Positions 60,792 through 64,000 of a DNA stretch of 64,000 bases are shown here, piece after piece; position 1 is the first letter of the stretch; every line of letters starts with the position of its first letter. The position numbers and the translations under genes are program-made. Source of the DNA: Candidatus Nanoarchaeia archaeon (lineage in GTDB: Archaea; Nanobdellota; Nanobdellia; Tiddalikarchaeales; Tiddalikarchaeaceae). The DNA lies in the NCBI GenBank assembly GCA_041652755.1, contig JBAZGS010000002.1, positions 24,516 to 88,515 on the forward strand. Direction: 5' to 3'. The notes under the pieces were generated by a model that saw nothing but the letters and a program-made list of their open reading frames with translations, had not been told where the DNA came from and did not search any database.

Positions 60792-61322
60792 TTATTTTAA
60801 TAGCAAGATAGCTATTTTTTTTGCGAACTCTTTTGAAGCTGATGGCCCATTAGCTGTAATGATTTTTCCGTCAACAACGCAGCTTTGGCCTACATATTCC
60901 GCTCCTTCCTTAACAATGTCACCAACCATTGATCTTGATACAGTTGCTTTTTTACCTTTAAGTATTCCAGAATTAGCAAGTATTACTGGAGCAATGCAGA
61001 TAGCTGCAACAACTTTCCCCTGAGCATAGAATTGTTTTGCAAGACTGAGTATAGCAGAGTCATTAAAATACTGGCTTATACCCATTCCTCCAATAAAAAT
61101 TATTGAATCATAATTCTCTACTCTTGCATCACTGACCAACATGTCAGGCATTATAGTCTTTTTAAGCATTCCAGTGCATTCAGTCATTTCACTTGAGGCA
61201 ACAATAGTTTTTATCTTATAATTCTCAAGCTCAGATTTTGTTATAAATAATTCCTCATCCCTGAAATTTTTATTAGCAACTATTATCAACGCATTCATGG
61301 CATAAGCAATGAAGTATTTCAT
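60792..61322 (-). CDS. DJ-1/PfpI family protein
   Basis: VAAICIAPVILANSG nucleophile-elbow Cys motif. Confidence 0.75.
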   Translation of the reverse strand: MKYFIAYAMNALIIVANKNFRDEELFITKSELENYKIKTIVASSEMTECTGMLKKTIMPDMLVSDARVENYDSIIFIGGMGISQYFNDSAILSLAKQFYAQGKVVAAICIAPVILANSGILKGKKATVSRSMVGDIVKEGAEYVGQSCVVDGKIITANGPSASKEFAKKIAILLLK

Positions 61323-61484
61323 TAAAAATTTTTTGAGTTATTACTTTTTTTTATTTTTTTTGCCTTGTTGTTTTTAAACCTTTTTTTATGTTTTCTTTAA
61401 AAAAAAAAGTTTTTAAATGCTTGTATTCAATATTAGTATAACATTTTGTTAAATGTTTAAAACTCGTGAGGAGGAAGTGTGGCG

Positions 61485-61571
61485 ATGGCACCTGTAAAAA
61501 AAGGAGCAAAGAAACCTGCTGCTAAAAAAGTAGCAAAGAAATCAAAAGCACCAGCAAAGAAAAAAAAATAA
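61485..61571 (+). CDS. tiny basic peptide (28 aa) MAPVKKGAKKPAAKKVAKKSKAPAKKKK
   Basis: Hand-translated; gaggagg RBS lies 6-12 nt upstream. Confidence 0.4.
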   Translation: MAPVKKGAKKPAAKKVAKKSKAPAKKKK

Positions 61572-61591
61572 TTAAACAAGAGGTTTGAATA

Positions 61592-61732
61592 ATGAACAAC
61601 TACAATTTTAAAGCAAATGACGATGACGAAGACTTCGACGATGACGAAGACTTAGATGATGAAGACTCTGATGATGAAGATTTTGATGATGAAGACTCAT
61701 CAGAAGATGAAGACTCAAGCGAGGATTATTAA
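61592..61732 (+). CDS. tiny ultra-acidic peptide (46 aa; 32 D/E)
   Basis: Hand-translated MNNYNFKANDDDEDFDDDEDLDDEDSDDEDFDDEDSSEDEDSSEDY; sits 20 nt downstream of the basic peptide ORF. Confidence 0.35.
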   Translation: MNNYNFKANDDDEDFDDDEDLDDEDSDDEDFDDEDSSEDEDSSEDY

Positions 61733-61803
61733 TATTCGTCATTAACTTTTAATTAATTTTATTTTTTTATTTAATTTTTTTAAAAAAATTTAGGTAATAC
61801 GTT

Positions 61804-61968
61804 ATGAAATGTGACATATGCAAAAAAGCAATGAAAGGATTGACAAAATGCGTTGAATGCGGTTCAATGTTTTGCGTTAATTGCGGAGAACAAAAAAGAG
61901 AAAGATGCAGTATTTGCATGCAATTCGAAGACGATTTTGATAACCAAGACAGCTCTTCAGATGATTAA
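61804..61968 (+). CDS. small double zinc-ribbon protein (4x CxxC, 54 aa)
   Basis: Hand-translated MKCDICKKAMKGLTKCVECGSMFCVNCGEQKRERCSICMQFEDDFDNQDSSSDD. Confidence 0.4.
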   Translation: MKCDICKKAMKGLTKCVECGSMFCVNCGEQKRERCSICMQFEDDFDNQDSSSDD

Positions 61969-62019
61969 ACTAATTCTTTTATATTAATTTTTTTAAATAA
62001 GCAAGGAATACCATAATCC

Positions 62020-63117
62020 ATGTTTTCAATTAATAAATGCAGCTCATACGAATACTCTGAAGTAAAAAAATCACTGGATATTTGCCTAAACAAATTAGGA
62101 GGGCTCAATAAATTTATCAAAAAAGAGGATACAGTATTAATAAAGCCGAATCTTTTAATGCCTGCTGACCCTTCGCTTGCAATAACAACTCATCCCATAA
62201 TAGTAAAAATATTGCTGAAAAAGCTTAAAAACATAGGATGCAAAGTGATAATTGCGGATTCCTCCTCAGGTTATTATACCTATGAATGCATGATGAAGGT
62301 GTACAAAGAATGCGGGTACTCAAATTTTAAAGAAATAAACACAGATTTTTCAAGCAAAGAATATTCTAATGCTAAGGGCTTCATAAAAAAATATGACTTA
62401 ATCTCAGCTTTTTTCAAAGCTGACAAAATTATCAATGTCTGCAAGGTAAAAACCCATATGTTTACAACCATGACTTGCGCCACAAAGAACTTGTTCGGAT
62501 TAATTGCAGGGAAAAATAAGACTTATTTTCATTCAAGATTTAAGACTGTTGATGATTTTTCTAAAATGCTTGTGGACTTAGCTCTAGTTGCAAATCCCTG
62601 CATAAATATTGCTGATGGAATACTTGGCATGGAGGGAGAGGGTCCAAGCAGGGGAAAAATAAAGAAACTAGGATTAATTGCAGCAAGCACGAATTGCTTT
62701 GAACTGGACTATAACCTTTCAAAAATAATCAGCATTGATTACAAAAAAATTCCATATTTAAACATTGCAAAAACTAAAGGGTTATTTAAGGAAAACAATA
62801 ATGATTATTTGGAATTTAAAACCCCTTTCAAGATGCCTAATTCAGAGTTAATTTCAAGGCTTTTTAGGCTAATACCTTCAAGATTAAGGAGTATGTATAC
62901 TGATTTTTTTGTAAAAAAACCCTTCATTAAAGATAACTGCATAGGCTGCGGGTTATGCGTGAAATCATGCCCTGTAAAAGCCATTTCATTGAAAAAAGGA
63001 AAAGCCCATATTGATTATTCTAAATGCATTAGGTGCTATTGCTGCCATGAAATATGCAGGCATAATGCAATAGAACTTAGGAAAGGGAAGGTTATGAACA
63101 ACTTTTTAAAACAATGA
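62020..63117 (+). CDS. DUF362 domain protein fused to 2x[4Fe-4S] ferredoxin domain
   Basis: C-terminal CIGCGLCVKSCP and CIRCYCCHEICR. The N-terminal roughly 280 aa give a DUF362-like pattern. Confidence 0.6.
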   Translation: MFSINKCSSYEYSEVKKSLDICLNKLGGLNKFIKKEDTVLIKPNLLMPADPSLAITTHPIIVKILLKKLKNIGCKVIIADSSSGYYTYECMMKVYKECGYSNFKEINTDFSSKEYSNAKGFIKKYDLISAFFKADKIINVCKVKTHMFTTMTCATKNLFGLIAGKNKTYFHSRFKTVDDFSKMLVDLALVANPCINIADGILGMEGEGPSRGKIKKLGLIAASTNCFELDYNLSKIISIDYKKIPYLNIAKTKGLFKENNNDYLEFKTPFKMPNSELISRLFRLIPSRLRSMYTDFFVKKPFIKDNCIGCGLCVKSCPVKAISLKKGKAHIDYSKCIRCYCCHEICRHNAIELRKGKVMNNFLKQ

Positions 63118-63133
63118 TTTTTTAATTAATACC

Positions 63134-63547
63134 ATGGTTGAAGAAAAAAAGCTTGAAAACGATGAAGAAAAGCTTGAAGTTGAAGAAGATTTAAATGAAG
63201 AAGAAGAGTCAAAAATGGCTTTTGCCAATGCAGAAATAGTAAGGCTAATTAAGAAAAATTTGCCTGAAGGAAGAATGATAAAGAAAAGGGTAAAAGTCGG
63301 AATGAACAAGTTTTTGGAAGAGATGGCAACAGAAGTATGCAAAAAGCTTGCGAACGAGCCATATTCTTACATAGAAATAGACATGCTTGAAAGAGCAATA
63401 GAGCCCTATAAAAATATTAAAAGTTTAGAAGTTGAAAAGAACAGAATCATTGCAAATCTTAACAAAATCAAAGCTGATTGCGACGTAATGGTTGATGATA
63501 TTAACAGAAAATTTTCAATGTTTGAATCTGAAGAAAAAGAATACTAA
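63134..63547 (+). CDS. histone-fold protein with acidic N-terminal tail
   Basis: AEIVRLIKKNLPEGRMIKKRVKVGMNKFLEEMATEVCKKLANEPYSYIEIDMLERAI aligns by eye with HMf / NF-YB-like histone folds (I.RIIK, LEEM, KLA, I...D.E.A). Confidence 0.5.
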   Translation: MVEEKKLENDEEKLEVEEDLNEEEESKMAFANAEIVRLIKKNLPEGRMIKKRVKVGMNKFLEEMATEVCKKLANEPYSYIEIDMLERAIEPYKNIKSLEVEKNRIIANLNKIKADCDVMVDDINRKFSMFESEEKEY

Positions 63548-63624
63548 TTTTTTTATTTTTTATCTAATTAACTACTAATTAGTTAATACTTCTTTTTTTA
63601 AATAATCAAGTTTTCCTTTTTTTT

Positions 63625-64000
63625 ATGAAAGCATTAATGTGCCTAAATTCGCAATTAAGCCCTGAATTCTTAGAACAGCTTAAGCTAACATCAGGAGAAC
63701 TTCCAAAAAGCCAATATAATGAATTATCAGATAATTTGAAAAACCAATCCTTAGAGTATGGTGCAAAATTTGCAAATGTTTGCTATAGTGAAAAAGAATT
63801 TTTAGAGATTTATAATGAATCAAAAGAAGAGACTTTGAAAAGGCAAAATAGGACTTTAGGTTCAGGGCATCACAGTGTATATGAACCTTCATATTTTACA
63901 TTTGAGTTAACTGATATTCCCAAATCTTTAGTGATGATTTTAAACAACCAAGCAGTATATGTAACAAGCGAAAAATCAGCAAGGTATACCCAAATGAGTG
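63625..64000 (+). CDS. ThyX-like (flavin-dependent thymidylate synthase family) protein, 5' partial at window end; RHR motif replaced
   Basis: GHHSVYEPSYFTFEL...VYVTSEKSARY parallels ThyX GHESvlEH..FTFh...RHRx7SxRY, but NNQ sits where RHR is expected. The ORF runs off the window. Confidence 0.4.
   Translation, partial: MKALMCLNSQLSPEFLEQLKLTSGELPKSQYNELSDNLKNQSLEYGAKFANVCYSEKEFLEIYNESKEETLKRQNRTLGSGHHSVYEPSYFTFELTDIPKSLVMILNNQAVYVTSEKSARYTQMS

Noticed and set aside
63680-63892. 70-aa minus-strand ORF
   Set aside because: It is fully overlapped by the plus-strand ThyX-like reading frame, which shows family motifs.

Overview
This looks like a low-GC archaeal chromosome fragment with an AT-rich, K/N/I-rich proteome, judged by eye. 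Leaderless TATA-type promoters, a PorGDAB operon, Topo VI, KH/RIO genes and a histone-fold protein suggest a reduced DPANN-like genome. The core holds housekeeping genes: radical SAM, Rio1 kinase, a KH-domain protein, topoisomerase VI B/A, tRNA-Asn, pyruvate:ferredoxin oxidoreductase porGDAB and TatD. It also holds partial purine and pyrimidine genes, several as unusual fusions (PurC-PurE, PyrD-PyrK, AsnB-Dph6-like), and two truncated remnants (pyrC, nadE). Further core genes are an M32 carboxypeptidase, a LOG-family protein, Dus, a PHP phosphoesterase, a CaCA antiporter, a CorA-like transporter, an SSB-like OB-fold protein, CysRS, HD and HAD hydrolases, DJ-1/PfpI and a DUF362-ferredoxin. The accessory part is an integrative element of about 9.7 kb (about 23146-32869). 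It sits in the 3' end of tRNA-Asp(GTC), is flanked by 16-bp direct repeats, and carries an intact tyrosine integrase. Inside it are an Mrr-like PD-(D/E)xK nuclease with a wHTH partner, an RHH/wHTH regulator cluster and a repeat-rich intergenic region. The element also carries a three-gene operon (28533-32052) coupled by ATGA start/stop overlaps: a PD-(D/E)xK nuclease, a small protein and an SMC/Rad50-like coiled-coil ATPase with a mid-coil Cys4 knuckle. I interpret this operon as a Lamassu-like (DdmABC-type) candidate defence system and consider it the most interesting feature. Other oddities are a family of tiny K/A/P-rich basic peptides (one followed by an ultra-acidic peptide and a Zn-ribbon micro-ORF) and Cys-rich repeat secreted proteins. 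There is also a 51-nt in-frame tandem repeat, a tRNA-Asn 3'-end duplication scar and a ThyX-like gene lacking RHR at the window edge.
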